The position numbers were made by a program, and so were the translations under genes. From Spirochaetia bacterium (GTDB lineage Bacteria > Spirochaetota > Spirochaetia > SZUA-6 > Bin103), in the NCBI GenBank assembly GCA_965203055.1, contig OZ241863.1, positions 2,656,001 through 2,720,000 of the forward strand: a DNA stretch of 64,000 bases, read 5' to 3'. The notes under the pieces are model-generated. The model searched no databases. It was given only the letters and a program-made list of their open reading frames with translations, and had not been told where the DNA came from. Of this stretch, positions 1 through 8,000 are shown one piece after another; positions within the stretch are counted from its first letter, which is position 1, and every line of letters begins with the position of its first letter.

Positions 1-480
1 GCGGCTCTTGCCAAACGAAAAAGCGCGATTACCGCTGCCCTGAACCTGCCGGAACATGAACCAGATGAAGAAGAAGCCGAGCACCCACGGCAGAAAGTCG
101 ATGAATACGCGCAGCGGAGATACGTTGCGCGGGCCGCCCGTTATTCGTACCGCCTTCTCCTGCAGCTTGCGCAACAACTCGGGATCGGAATAGGGAATGG
201 TAGTCTTGAAGTACTCTCCCGCCTGGCCTTTGAGCTGCCCCTGAATCTCGTAGCCGTCGATTATCTTGACGGCCTCCACCATGTCCTGGTTGAGGTAATT
301 CAGAAACACGGAATAGGCTATTTCCTGCGTCAATGATCCTTGATTGTAGACGAAGAAGAAGATGAAGAAGACGATCAGTACCAGCAGCGTGATGAGGGCG
401 ACACGATTGTTGAAGTTGAATTTCGGGAACCCCGAGTCGGGGCCCTTCTTCTGCGAGTTGTTGTTGTCGCCGCTACTCAC
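1..480 (-). CDS. ftsH: ATP-dependent zinc metalloprotease FtsH, N-terminal part (runs off window start)
   Basis: Own translation, not in ORF track: GTG at 480 with GAGGA RBS; MSSGDNNNSQ...TM1 (VALITLLVLIVFFIFFF)...EIAYSVF...TM2 (FLPWVLGFFFIWFMFRQ)...GNRAFSFGKSR, a typical FtsH N-terminus; lies downstream of tilS. Confidence 0.92.
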   Translation of the reverse strand, partial: MSSGDNNNSQKKGPDSGFPKFNFNNRVALITLLVLIVFFIFFFVYNQGSLTQEIAYSVFLNYLNQDMVEAVKIIDGYEIQGQLKGQAGEYFKTTIPYSDPELLRKLQEKAVRITGGPRNVSPLRVFIDFLPWVLGFFFIWFMFRQVQGSGNRAFSFGKSR

Positions 481-657
481 GCTCACTCCTCGGAACTCGT
501 CGGCTGGCAGCCCGCCACCGGACATACCGCGGGCCGCCGCGCGGCTGGCCCGCCTGCCTTAAGATAGCGTGTCCGGCGCGGCAGGACAACCGACCGGCCT
601 GACCGTCTGACCGCGGCGCCCGCACCGGGTCCGGCGGCGGCCCGGAGCGCGGCGCCG

Positions 658-1707
658 TCACGCGGCGAGGCGGGTCACCAGAACCTGCCGGCGGTCGCAC
701 GCAATGCGCAGCCCGTGACCGGTAAGCTGCAGATCGCGAAGCGGTCCCCCCTCCCGCAACAAGGGCTGCAGGAAGCGGCGCGGCAGGCGCGGCCGCTCGC
801 TGCGGGAGCTGCGCCCGGGACTGAGGACCGCGTCGCATACTCGAAACAGCGCCGCCTCCCGTACCGGCGCTGCCGCAGCCCAGAACGCCGCCGCGGCAAC
901 GCTGTAGCGCACTCTCCGCCGCGCGTCGCGGCCGTAGCGCCACGGGATCTCGCGCCGCGCGTCCTGTTCGACGCGCTGCCACAGCGCCGCGCTGCCGGCC
1001 GCCAGCCGCGGCAGGTTGCCGGCCATTCCCGGCACCGCGGCCTCCAACGCCGGCACCAGAGCGCGCACCCGGTTGCGCAGCATCTGCGGGTCGCCGTTGC
1101 TCGGGTCCTCCAGCACCGGCAGCCCGGCGGCGGCGGCGTAGCGGCGCAACGCCGCGCGGCGCACCCCGAGCAGCGGGCGCAGCACCAGTCCGCCCTGCCG
1201 CGGGATGCCGCCGCCGCGCAGACTACCCTGCAACGCGCGCATCAGAATCGTTTCCAGGTCGTCGTCGCGGTGGTGGCCGACTGCCACCGCGCAGGCTCCG
1301 CAGTCCGCCGCCACCTCCATCAGAAAGGCGTAGCGCCGCTCGCGGGCGAGCTCTTCCAGACTGCGCCCGGTCGCGCCCCGTTGCCGGCGGAGCTGACCGG
1401 CCGGCAAGCCGCCCTCGCGCAGCGTCAGGCCGAGGCCGCGCGCCTGCCGCCGGACCGCGGCCCGTTCCGCGGCGCAGGACGCGGCGTCGCGCAACCCGTG
1501 ATCGTAGTGCGCCGCAACCACGCGCAGGGTCAGTTCCGGCGCCAGCCGCGTCAGGACCAGCGCCAGCGCCAGCGAGTCGGCGCCGCCGGACACGGCAACG
1601 ACTACGGTGGCCGGGCGCGGCAGCGCGGCCTGCCGCAGCGCCTCCCGCGCCGCGCGTAGCGGGTCGCACGCGGCGCCGCCGCGGCGCCGCTCAGACCGGC
1701 GCGCCAC
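658..1707 (-). CDS. tilS: tRNA(Ile)-lysidine synthetase (short form, C-terminal domains reduced)
   Basis: PP-loop VAVSGGADS, HYDHGLR, EELARERRY, GHHRDD..ET, DPSN...RNRVR; pth-tilS-ftsH synteny. Confidence 0.93.
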   Translation of the reverse strand: MARRSERRRGGAACDPLRAAREALRQAALPRPATVVVAVSGGADSLALALVLTRLAPELTLRVVAAHYDHGLRDAASCAAERAAVRRQARGLGLTLREGGLPAGQLRRQRGATGRSLEELARERRYAFLMEVAADCGACAVAVGHHRDDDLETILMRALQGSLRGGGIPRQGGLVLRPLLGVRRAALRRYAAAAGLPVLEDPSNGDPQMLRNRVRALVPALEAAVPGMAGNLPRLAAGSAALWQRVEQDARREIPWRYGRDARRRVRYSVAAAAFWAAAAPVREAALFRVCDAVLSPGRSSRSERPRLPRRFLQPLLREGGPLRDLQLTGHGLRIACDRRQVLVTRLAA

Positions 1708-2272
1708 GCCGGTTGATCAGGTTCATGGCGCGCCCGTAGTCGCCGTCGAGGAGCACTTCCAGATGGCTGCACACCCGGTCGACGGCCTGGGCCATGGCCC
1801 GCGCGGCGCCGGCCGGGGGCCGGCTCAGAACGTGGTCGATGACCGCCACTCCCGGCAGCGGCCGGCCGACGCCGACGTAGATGCGCTTCACCTGCTCGGT
1901 ATCCAACGCCCGCAGGACCGAGGCCAGGCCCCGGTTTCCCGCCGACGACCCGGCGAGGCGCAGGCGGCTGCTGCCCGGGTCGAGATCCATGGTGTCACAC
2001 ACCACTACGAGATCGTCGACACCGGCGCCGCACTCGGCGAGCACCGGTCGGACCACCTCGCCGGAAGCGTTCATGTAGGTATGGGGCTGCACCAGGGTGA
2101 GGCGCCGGCCGGCTACCAGCGCCTGCGCCGCGGCGTAGTTGCGGCGCCGGCGGCGCTTGAGCTGCGCCCCGACGCGCCGCGCCATGCACTCCACTACCTG
2201 GAATCCGGCATTGTGACGCGTGTGAGCATAACGCCGGCCGGGGTTTCCCAGACCGACGATCACCAGCCGCAC
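1691..2272 (-). CDS. pth: Peptidyl-tRNA hydrolase
   Basis: LVIVGLGNPG..Y..TRHNAGF, PHTYMNASG, GVGRP, HVLS motifs. Confidence 0.95.
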   Translation of the reverse strand: MRLVIVGLGNPGRRYAHTRHNAGFQVVECMARRVGAQLKRRRRRNYAAAQALVAGRRLTLVQPHTYMNASGEVVRPVLAECGAGVDDLVVVCDTMDLDPGSSRLRLAGSSAGNRGLASVLRALDTEQVKRIYVGVGRPLPGVAVIDHVLSRPPAGAARAMAQAVDRVCSHLEVLLDGDYGRAMNLINRRGAPV

Positions 2273-2323
2273 GGCGCTCGAAGGTGACGTCCGCGCTGAC
2301 CGCGGGCGGCGCGGACCCGCGCG

Positions 2324-2941
2324 CTACGCCTCGTCGGGGCCCTCCGCATCGCCCGCCGCCAACTCCTCGTCGTCCGGCTCCTCGTCCGCGGCTTCGACCT
2401 TATGGGCGATCAACGCAACTACCTGCTCCGGCGGCGTGACGAACCGTACCCCCTCCGGCGGAGCAAGGTCCCCCACGTGCAGCGACTGCCCCACGGCCAG
2501 GTTCTCGATATCGACGTCGATCCGCTCCGGCAAGTCCTGCGGCAGGCTCTCGACCTCGATCTCATGCACCAGGAGCTCCTGCAAGCCGCCCTCCCGAACG
2601 CCGATCGGGTTGCCCACGTAGTGCAGCAACACGCGGGCGCGCAGCAACTTTCCGCGCTCGATCTCGAAGAAGTCGAGGTGTTCCAGGCGGCCGACGATGT
2701 TGTTGGCCTGAAAGTCCTTTACCAGCACGTCGTAGGTGGCGCCGCCGGCCGCCAGATGAATGATCGTGCTCTCCGAGATCTGCTGGAACTTGCGCGAGAA
2801 CTCGCGCGCGTCGATGCTCAGCAGAAGTGGTTCGCGGTGGCCGTACATGACCGCGGGAATACGGCCCGCGCGCCGCAGCCGGCGCGCCGCCCCGGTCTTG
2901 GTCTCGGTTCTCAATTCAGCGGTTAAATTTCTATCTGCCAT
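2324..2941 (-). CDS. rplY: 50S ribosomal protein L25/Ctc
   Basis: ARRLRRAGRIPAVMYG, HLDFF, GVREGG, LPERIDVDI; start reassigned to ATG 2941 with AGGAG RBS at 2951-2955, because the longer ORF-track start overlaps the tRNA. Confidence 0.95.
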   Translation of the reverse strand: MADRNLTAELRTETKTGAARRLRRAGRIPAVMYGHREPLLLSIDAREFSRKFQQISESTIIHLAAGGATYDVLVKDFQANNIVGRLEHLDFFEIERGKLLRARVLLHYVGNPIGVREGGLQELLVHEIEVESLPQDLPERIDVDIENLAVGQSLHVGDLAPPEGVRFVTPPEQVVALIAHKVEAADEEPDDEELAAGDAEGPDEA

Positions 2942-2960
2942 GTAGTTATGCTCCTGTTGA

Positions 2961-3032
2961 CTGGGACGGCAGGATTCGAACCTGCGAGTGCCGGTACCAA
3001 AAACCGGTGGCTTGCCACTTGCCGACGTCCCA
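2961..3032 (-). tRNA. tRNA-Gln(TTG)
   Basis: TGGGACG/CGTCCCA acceptor stem (U1-A72), anticodon arm CCGGT-TT-TTG-GT-ACCGG, T-arm GCAGG-TTCGAAT-CCTGC; CCA not encoded. Confidence 0.96.
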
Positions 3033-3074
3033 CGGGAGTGCGGTTGCGCCACAGCGGGCGCGCAGGGTGACCGA

Positions 3075-3103
3075 AGTATAGCGCCGGCGGCAGCCCGCGT
3101 CCA
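3075..3103 (-). promoter_or_regulatory. Putative sigma70 promoter of tRNA-Gln-rplY operon
   Basis: TGGACG-17 nt-TATACT on minus strand, about 40 nt upstream of the tRNA. Confidence 0.55.
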
Positions 3104-3178
3104 GCGGCACGCCGGCCGGCCCGCCGCCGGCGCGGCCGCCGGCGCGGCGCCTGGCCGGGGCAGGCGGCGGCCGGGCCG

Positions 3179-3234
3179 TTGACACGACGGGGCAAGTGGA
3201 ATCTATATTGCACCGGTGCCATTGCACCGATGCC
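3179..3234 (+). promoter_or_regulatory. Putative promoter with tandem operator-like repeat upstream of acidic protein
   Basis: TTGACA (3179-3184), TATATT (3204-3209), then ATTGCACCGGTGCC / ATTGCACCGATGCC direct repeat at 3207-3234. Confidence 0.45.
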
Positions 3235-3303
3235 ACCCGGAGGGATGGTGGCGGACGCCCAGGACTTGGCAGAGAGGAAGGTTTGACTCGATTATTGGCT
3301 GCG

Positions 3304-3651
3304 ATGCCGTATCTCGATTCCGGTAACCCGCTCCCCGTCGCCGGGGACCTTGCCATTACCGACGAGGAGTCGGAAAGCTACGGCAGCGACTTCGACGAGT
3401 TCAAGGACGACGACGACGACCTGGAAGACGACTTCGACGACGATGACGAGCTTGACGACGAATTGGAAGAAGACGACTTCGACGACGATGACGACGATGA
3501 CGATTACGACCCGGCGTTCGATGACGGCGCGGACGACGATGACACACCGTTCGAGGATGACGACGATGACGACGACCTCGACGAGGAGACCAACGGATTC
3601 AGCGACGGCAGCGACGCCGACGCGTCCGACTACGACGAGTTCGATTCCTGA
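3304..3651 (+). CDS. Hypothetical extremely acidic (Asp-rich) protein
   Basis: 115 aa from ATG 3304 (alternative TTG 3283 after GAGGA); 62/115 residues D/E; strong GAC codon periodicity. Confidence 0.7.
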   Translation: MPYLDSGNPLPVAGDLAITDEESESYGSDFDEFKDDDDDLEDDFDDDDELDDELEEDDFDDDDDDDDYDPAFDDGADDDDTPFEDDDDDDDLDEETNGFSDGSDADASDYDEFDS

Positions 3652-3703
3652 CGGCCGGCGCAGGGCGCCGGCCTGAAGCGACTCGTCCTCCCGGCGCAGC
3701 CGG

Positions 3704-4057
3704 TCAGCGCACTACCCGGCCGCGGTACCAGAGCTTTTCCAATTCGTAGAAGGCGCGGGTGTCGCGTTCCATCAGGTGCACGACGATCGGCCCCAGGTCG
3801 ATCAGCAGCCACGGGTCGTCGCGTACCTTCCTGGGCCCGGTAAGGGGTGCGAGCCGCTGGCTCTTGAGATACTCCATCAGGTAGCCGTACACGCCCAGCA
3901 GGTGGGTGGAGCTGCGCACGGTAGCGATCACGAAGTAATCGGCGACGTCGCTGACGGCGCTGATGTCCAGTACCACGGTATCTTCGCAGCGATGCTCGCG
4001 CAGCAGTCCTCGTAGCGCGCGCGCCTGCGCTTCGCCTGCGGAACCGATCTCGGGCAC
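3704..4057 (-). CDS. rsfS: Ribosome silencing factor RsfS (Iojap)
   Basis: VVLDIS...ADYFVIAT..S..H, WLLIDLGPIVVHLM...RAFYELEKLW; start at GTG 4057 is approximate. Confidence 0.93.
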   Translation of the reverse strand: MPEIGSAGEAQARALRGLLREHRCEDTVVLDISAVSDVADYFVIATVRSSTHLLGVYGYLMEYLKSQRLAPLTGPRKVRDDPWLLIDLGPIVVHLMERDTRAFYELEKLWYRGRVVR

Positions 4058-4064
4058 CCTCGGT

Positions 4065-5258
4065 TCAGTCGGTACAACGGCGGCCGTTGAAATCACCTCC
4101 CAGCACAATGGTCACGTCGACCTCGGGATCGACTGCGGTGCCCGGTTCGGCTCCCGCTCCATGGCATTGCATCAGCTCCGCAACCCGCGCCGCAAGCTCC
4201 GGTCGGCCGCGCCGATCGAGCACCCGGGTAGCAGCGTACTCGTGATGATCGGCGTTCCCGATCCGCACCACGCGGTAGCCAAAGCTGCGCAGCAGAGGAG
4301 CGGCCGCGCCCGCCAGCCCGGATACGCTGGTGCCGTTCAGAATCTCCACCGCCACCGCGGCGGCCGACTCGCCCTGTTCGCTGGCCAATGCCTCTACGAT
4401 TTGAGACACCGCCTCGCGCAGCAGGTCATCGTCGTAATGGGGAAACACCAGCGTGCGGCCGTCGACCGTGCGCGGCTGGCCGATGGTGTACTGGAAGATC
4501 AGCCGCTCGCTGTCCACTTCGGCCAGCGTGGCGAGGAGCGTAGCGAACCCGGCCGCGGACAGATTGGTTCCGAGGCTCCGGTGCAGATAGCGCTGCACGC
4601 TGCGATGCCGAACCAGCTCGGCTTGCCGGTCCAGCTCGCGGAACAGGCCCTGATGCAGGCGGTGCAGCCGGCCCGCCCACTCGAGGTGCGACTCCTCCGC
4701 GGCGGAGTAACTCAGGTAGGCGGCGGCCTTGTCGCCGTCGAGGCGCACCGTGCCGGCGGGCAGTCCCGACCCGCCGCCCGGCGGCGGTTCCAGCGGGTCG
4801 GGAATGACTACCTCGGCGCCTCCTATCAGATCCACCAAGTCGATCAGGCGCCCGCCGGTGAGATCCAGGTGAAACCGCGGCTGGACGCCGAGCAACTCCG
4901 CCACCTTGTCGTAGAGCGGATCAGGGGAACCCTCCTCATAGAGGCTCTCCAGCGCGTCCATGCGGCTGGCGATCAATGCCCCGACGTTCCCCGGCATGAA
5001 CAACAGCGCCGCGCGCCGGGTTTCCGGGTCGATCAGCAGCACCTCGAACGCAACCTGGTGGCGCGGGTCGGACACCACCGTGAGCCCGACCAGAAGGTCA
5101 TATTCCCGCAGCCATACGGCCACCTCGTCAGTGCGGAGTTGGGTGACGGCGAACCCCACCGTGGCGCCGATCAGGACCACGATCGCGGCCAACAGCAGAT
5201 AGCTGCGGTCGCGGCGGCCATTGCCGCGGCGACCGCCGCGGCCCGGTCGGCTAACCAT
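4065..5258 (-). CDS. LCP (LytR-CpsA-Psr) family protein with LytR_C domain
   Basis: N-terminal TM, LVDLIGG, LDGDKA..YL; C-terminal VEILNGTSVSGLA...GNAD...DVTIVLGGDF. Confidence 0.85.
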   Translation of the reverse strand: MVSRPGRGGRRGNGRRDRSYLLLAAIVVLIGATVGFAVTQLRTDEVAVWLREYDLLVGLTVVSDPRHQVAFEVLLIDPETRRAALLFMPGNVGALIASRMDALESLYEEGSPDPLYDKVAELLGVQPRFHLDLTGGRLIDLVDLIGGAEVVIPDPLEPPPGGGSGLPAGTVRLDGDKAAAYLSYSAAEESHLEWAGRLHRLHQGLFRELDRQAELVRHRSVQRYLHRSLGTNLSAAGFATLLATLAEVDSERLIFQYTIGQPRTVDGRTLVFPHYDDDLLREAVSQIVEALASEQGESAAAVAVEILNGTSVSGLAGAAAPLLRSFGYRVVRIGNADHHEYAATRVLDRRGRPELAARVAELMQCHGAGAEPGTAVDPEVDVTIVLGGDFNGRRCTD

Positions 5259-5853
5259 CGGCGCACCGGCCATACAGTCGGTGTTCCCGGATATAGGCGG
5301 CGACGGCATCCGGCACCAGGGCGCGAATCACCTGCCCGGCTCGTACCCGCCGGCGCAGTTCCGACGAGGAGACCGGCAACGGATGATTCGTCAACCGGCG
5401 GTGCGGGAACGCGAGCGGAACCGGTTGCGCGCTGCGCCGCGCTACCAGCAGCTCGACCATGCCGAACAGCGTGGCGGCCTCGCGCCAGGTAGTCAGCTCA
5501 GCGCCAAGATCATCCCCCACTACCAGCCCCGGCCGGGTACCCAACGTGCCGTCGCGCTGCAGTTGGCGTACCGTATCGACGGTGTACGAGACCCCGCCGC
5601 GGCGCAATTCCACCTCGGACACGGCCAGCCCCGGCCGCCGGGCGAGGGCCAGACGCAGCATGGCCAACCGGTGGGAGGCCGCCGCCAGCCGCGCCTCCGG
5701 CTTGTGGGAGGGCAGGTTCGCGGGTACCAGCAGCACCTGATCGTAGCAGCCGGTAGCGAGCACCACCTCGGCGACGTGCAGGTGACCGAAGTGTATCGGA
5801 TCGAACGAGCCGCCGAGCAGGGCGACTCGAGGGCGCGGCGTCCGACCGCTCAC
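5251..5853 (-). CDS. nadD: Nicotinate-nucleotide adenylyltransferase
   Basis: GGSFDPIHFGH, PSHK, SYTVDTV, VSSSELR. Confidence 0.93.
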   Translation of the reverse strand: MSGRTPRPRVALLGGSFDPIHFGHLHVAEVVLATGCYDQVLLVPANLPSHKPEARLAAASHRLAMLRLALARRPGLAVSEVELRRGGVSYTVDTVRQLQRDGTLGTRPGLVVGDDLGAELTTWREAATLFGMVELLVARRSAQPVPLAFPHRRLTNHPLPVSSSELRRRVRAGQVIRALVPDAVAAYIREHRLYGRCADG

Positions 5854-6965
5854 GCCGCGCGCGCCAGACGGCTCAACGCCGCGCGCAATTCGGACAAGCC
5901 CGCGCCGGTATGAGCGGACACGGTGACTACCGGGTCCTCCGCGTACCGCCGCCGCAGCCCGATGCTCAACGAACCATCGACATCCAGGTCCTGCTTGGTG
6001 CCCACCACCAGGCGCGGCCGGGCCGCCAGCGCCGGGTCATAGGCGCGCAGCTCCCGTTCCAGCGCCGCGGCGGAATCTCCCGCGGTCAGGTCGATCACGA
6101 AGGCCAGCAGGCGGGCGCGGGCAATGTGGTCGAGGAACTGCAACCCGAGACCGGCGCCGGTAGAGGCTCCCTCCAGAATGCCGGGAATGTCGGCCAGCAC
6201 GATGTCCCGCCGCTCATGCCAGCCGGCGGCCGGGCGCGGGCGCGGCCGCATCGGGGGCGCCGCCGGCGCGGCGGGGGCCTGCGGCCCGTCGTGCGGCGGC
6301 CGGGCCGCGCCGCTGCCCTCGGCGGCGGCCAGCCGCATCATGCCCAACTGCGGAGTGGTAGTGGTAAACGGGTAGGCCGCGATGCGCGGCCGGGCGTTGG
6401 TAAGGGCCGCCAGGAGCGTCGACTTGCCGGCGTTGGGGAAGCCGACGAAACCGACGTCGGCGATGCTCCGCAGTTCGAGCAGCAGCGCCAGCTCGCGGCC
6501 CGGCCGGCCGGGGGTAGCGAAGCGCGGCGCGCGGCGCACCGCGGTGGCGAAGCGCGCGTTGCCGGCTCCGCCCGCGCCGCCGGCAAGGCACAGCCACTCG
6601 GTGTCAGGTTCGGTGAGGTCGCGCAGCACCTGGCCGCCGGCGGCGTCGCGCACCACCGTGCCGGGGGGCACCGGGATGCGTACCGCTTTGCCGGCGGCTC
6701 CGTGGCGGCGCCGGCGGCCTCCGGGCGCGCCGTTCTCGGCGCGAAAGTGGTGCCGCCCGGCAAGGTGGGCCAGCGTGTGGACGTTGCGCCGCACGACGAA
6801 CAGGACGTCGCCGCCGCGCCCGCCGTCACCGCCGTCCGGGCCGCCGCGCGGAACGTACTTCTCCCGCCGGAAGGAAACGGCGCCGTTCCCTCCGCTGCCG
6901 GAGCTTACGGTAAGCGCCGTCCGGTCGACGAACCGGGAGCCGGCCCCCGCGGCGAAGCGCGCCAC
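5850..6965 (-). CDS. obgE: GTPase Obg/CgtA
   Basis: FRREKYVPRGGPDGGDGGRGG, GFPNAGKST, YPFTT, DIPG, TKQD, VSA. Confidence 0.96.
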   Translation of the reverse strand: MARFAAGAGSRFVDRTALTVSSGSGGNGAVSFRREKYVPRGGPDGGDGGRGGDVLFVVRRNVHTLAHLAGRHHFRAENGAPGGRRRRHGAAGKAVRIPVPPGTVVRDAAGGQVLRDLTEPDTEWLCLAGGAGGAGNARFATAVRRAPRFATPGRPGRELALLLELRSIADVGFVGFPNAGKSTLLAALTNARPRIAAYPFTTTTPQLGMMRLAAAEGSGAARPPHDGPQAPAAPAAPPMRPRPRPAAGWHERRDIVLADIPGILEGASTGAGLGLQFLDHIARARLLAFVIDLTAGDSAAALERELRAYDPALAARPRLVVGTKQDLDVDGSLSIGLRRRYAEDPVVTVSAHTGAGLSELRAALSRLARAA

Positions 6966-6974
6966 ACCCCCGGA

Positions 6975-7229
6975 TCAGCCGTGCGGCTCGATGGCGACCA
7001 GCTTCCGCCCGAGCCGGCTCTTGAACACCACGGTGCCGGAGACCTGGGCGTACAAGGTGTGGTCGCGGCCCAGACCGACGTTGTCACCGGCATGGACGCG
7101 GGTGCCGCGCTGGCGCACCAGGATCGTTCCCGCCGTCACCGCCTGGCCTCCGAACCGCTTCACCCCGAGCCGCCTGCCGCGCGAGTCGCGCCCGTTGCGC
7201 GAACTTCCTCCGCCCTTCTTGTGTGCCAT
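6975..7229 (-). CDS. rpmA: 50S ribosomal protein L27
   Basis: [33 protein letters not shown]. Confidence 0.98.
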   Translation of the reverse strand: MAHKKGGGSSRNGRDSRGRRLGVKRFGGQAVTAGTILVRQRGTRVHAGDNVGLGRDHTLYAQVSGTVVFKSRLGRKLVAIEPHG

Positions 7230-7241
7230 CTTACGCTCTCC

Positions 7242-7568
7242 TCAATCGCGCCCGCCGCCGGCCATGCGCCGCACCGCAACGTGCCGCGGATACTCCGCCG
7301 CCACCCGGGACACGCCCTGCTCCACCATGGCCGTAATGCCGCGCAGCCACTCCCGACGCTGCGCCGGCACCGCGGCGACGCGCAACTGCAACACCCCCGG
7401 GCGCGGCGCCGCGCCGCGGCACTCCAGCGCCGGCTCCGCGGCCAGCAACGCCGCGGCGGTACGGGTCAAGGCGGTGATCGCCGCGCAGGCGAGGCTCGGT
7501 GCGTGGCCGCGCACCTCCAGCCGCCGCAGACAACCGGCGCCGTCGGTGCGCAGCATGACGCTCAGCAC
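7242..7568 (-). CDS. Ribosomal-processing cysteine protease Prp (YsxB/DUF464) homologue
   Basis: GHA...CAAITAL motif; position between rplU and rpmA. Confidence 0.8.
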   Translation of the reverse strand: MLSVMLRTDGAGCLRRLEVRGHAPSLACAAITALTRTAAALLAAEPALECRGAAPRPGVLQLRVAAVPAQRREWLRGITAMVEQGVSRVAAEYPRHVAVRRMAGGGRD

Positions 7569-7590
7569 CGGCCGCTCGCCGCCCCGGAAT

Positions 7591-7920
7591 CTAGGAACCG
7601 ACTTCGATCTTGTCGATGCGCAGCCGCGTGAGCGCCTGCCGGTGCCCCTGTTTGCGCCGGTAATTCTTGCGCCGGCGATATTTGTAGATCACCAGCTTGG
7701 GTCCGCGCGGATGGTCCTCGAGCGTCGCCGTGACCTTCGCGCCGGCCACGTACGGCCGCCCGATCCTGGTTACCTGGTCGCCGCCTTCGGCGTCGTGCGC
7801 CACCAGCAGCACCTGGTTCAACTCTACCGTGTCACCGGCGCCGGCCATGCGCTCCACGGTAACGCGCGTACCTTCACGCACCCGATACTGTCTGCCCTGA
7901 ATTTCTACCAACGCGTACAT
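7591..7920 (-). CDS. rplU: 50S ribosomal protein L21
   Basis: MYALVEIQGRQYRV, IGRPYV, RRRKNYRRKQGHRQ..T. Confidence 0.97.
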   Translation of the reverse strand: MYALVEIQGRQYRVREGTRVTVERMAGAGDTVELNQVLLVAHDAEGGDQVTRIGRPYVAGAKVTATLEDHPRGPKLVIYKYRRRKNYRRKQGHRQALTRLRIDKIEVGS

Positions 7921-8000
7921 CGCTGCAACCGAACTCCGAATCCCGGCCTAAGCTACCACGGCATGACGCGCGGCGTCAAACAGCCAGACAGACTTACGGA

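Noticed and set aside
2961..3032. tRNA as integration site of a genomic island
   Set aside because: No duplicated tRNA 3' end or integrase seen; the flanks are conserved housekeeping genes.
2942..3052. N-terminal extension of L25 in the ORF track
   Set aside because: It is the tRNA-Gln sequence read as codons; the true start is ATG 2941 with an RBS.
3350..3676. Thr-rich 108-aa ORF
   Set aside because: Alternative frame of the GAC-repeat Asp-rich gene.
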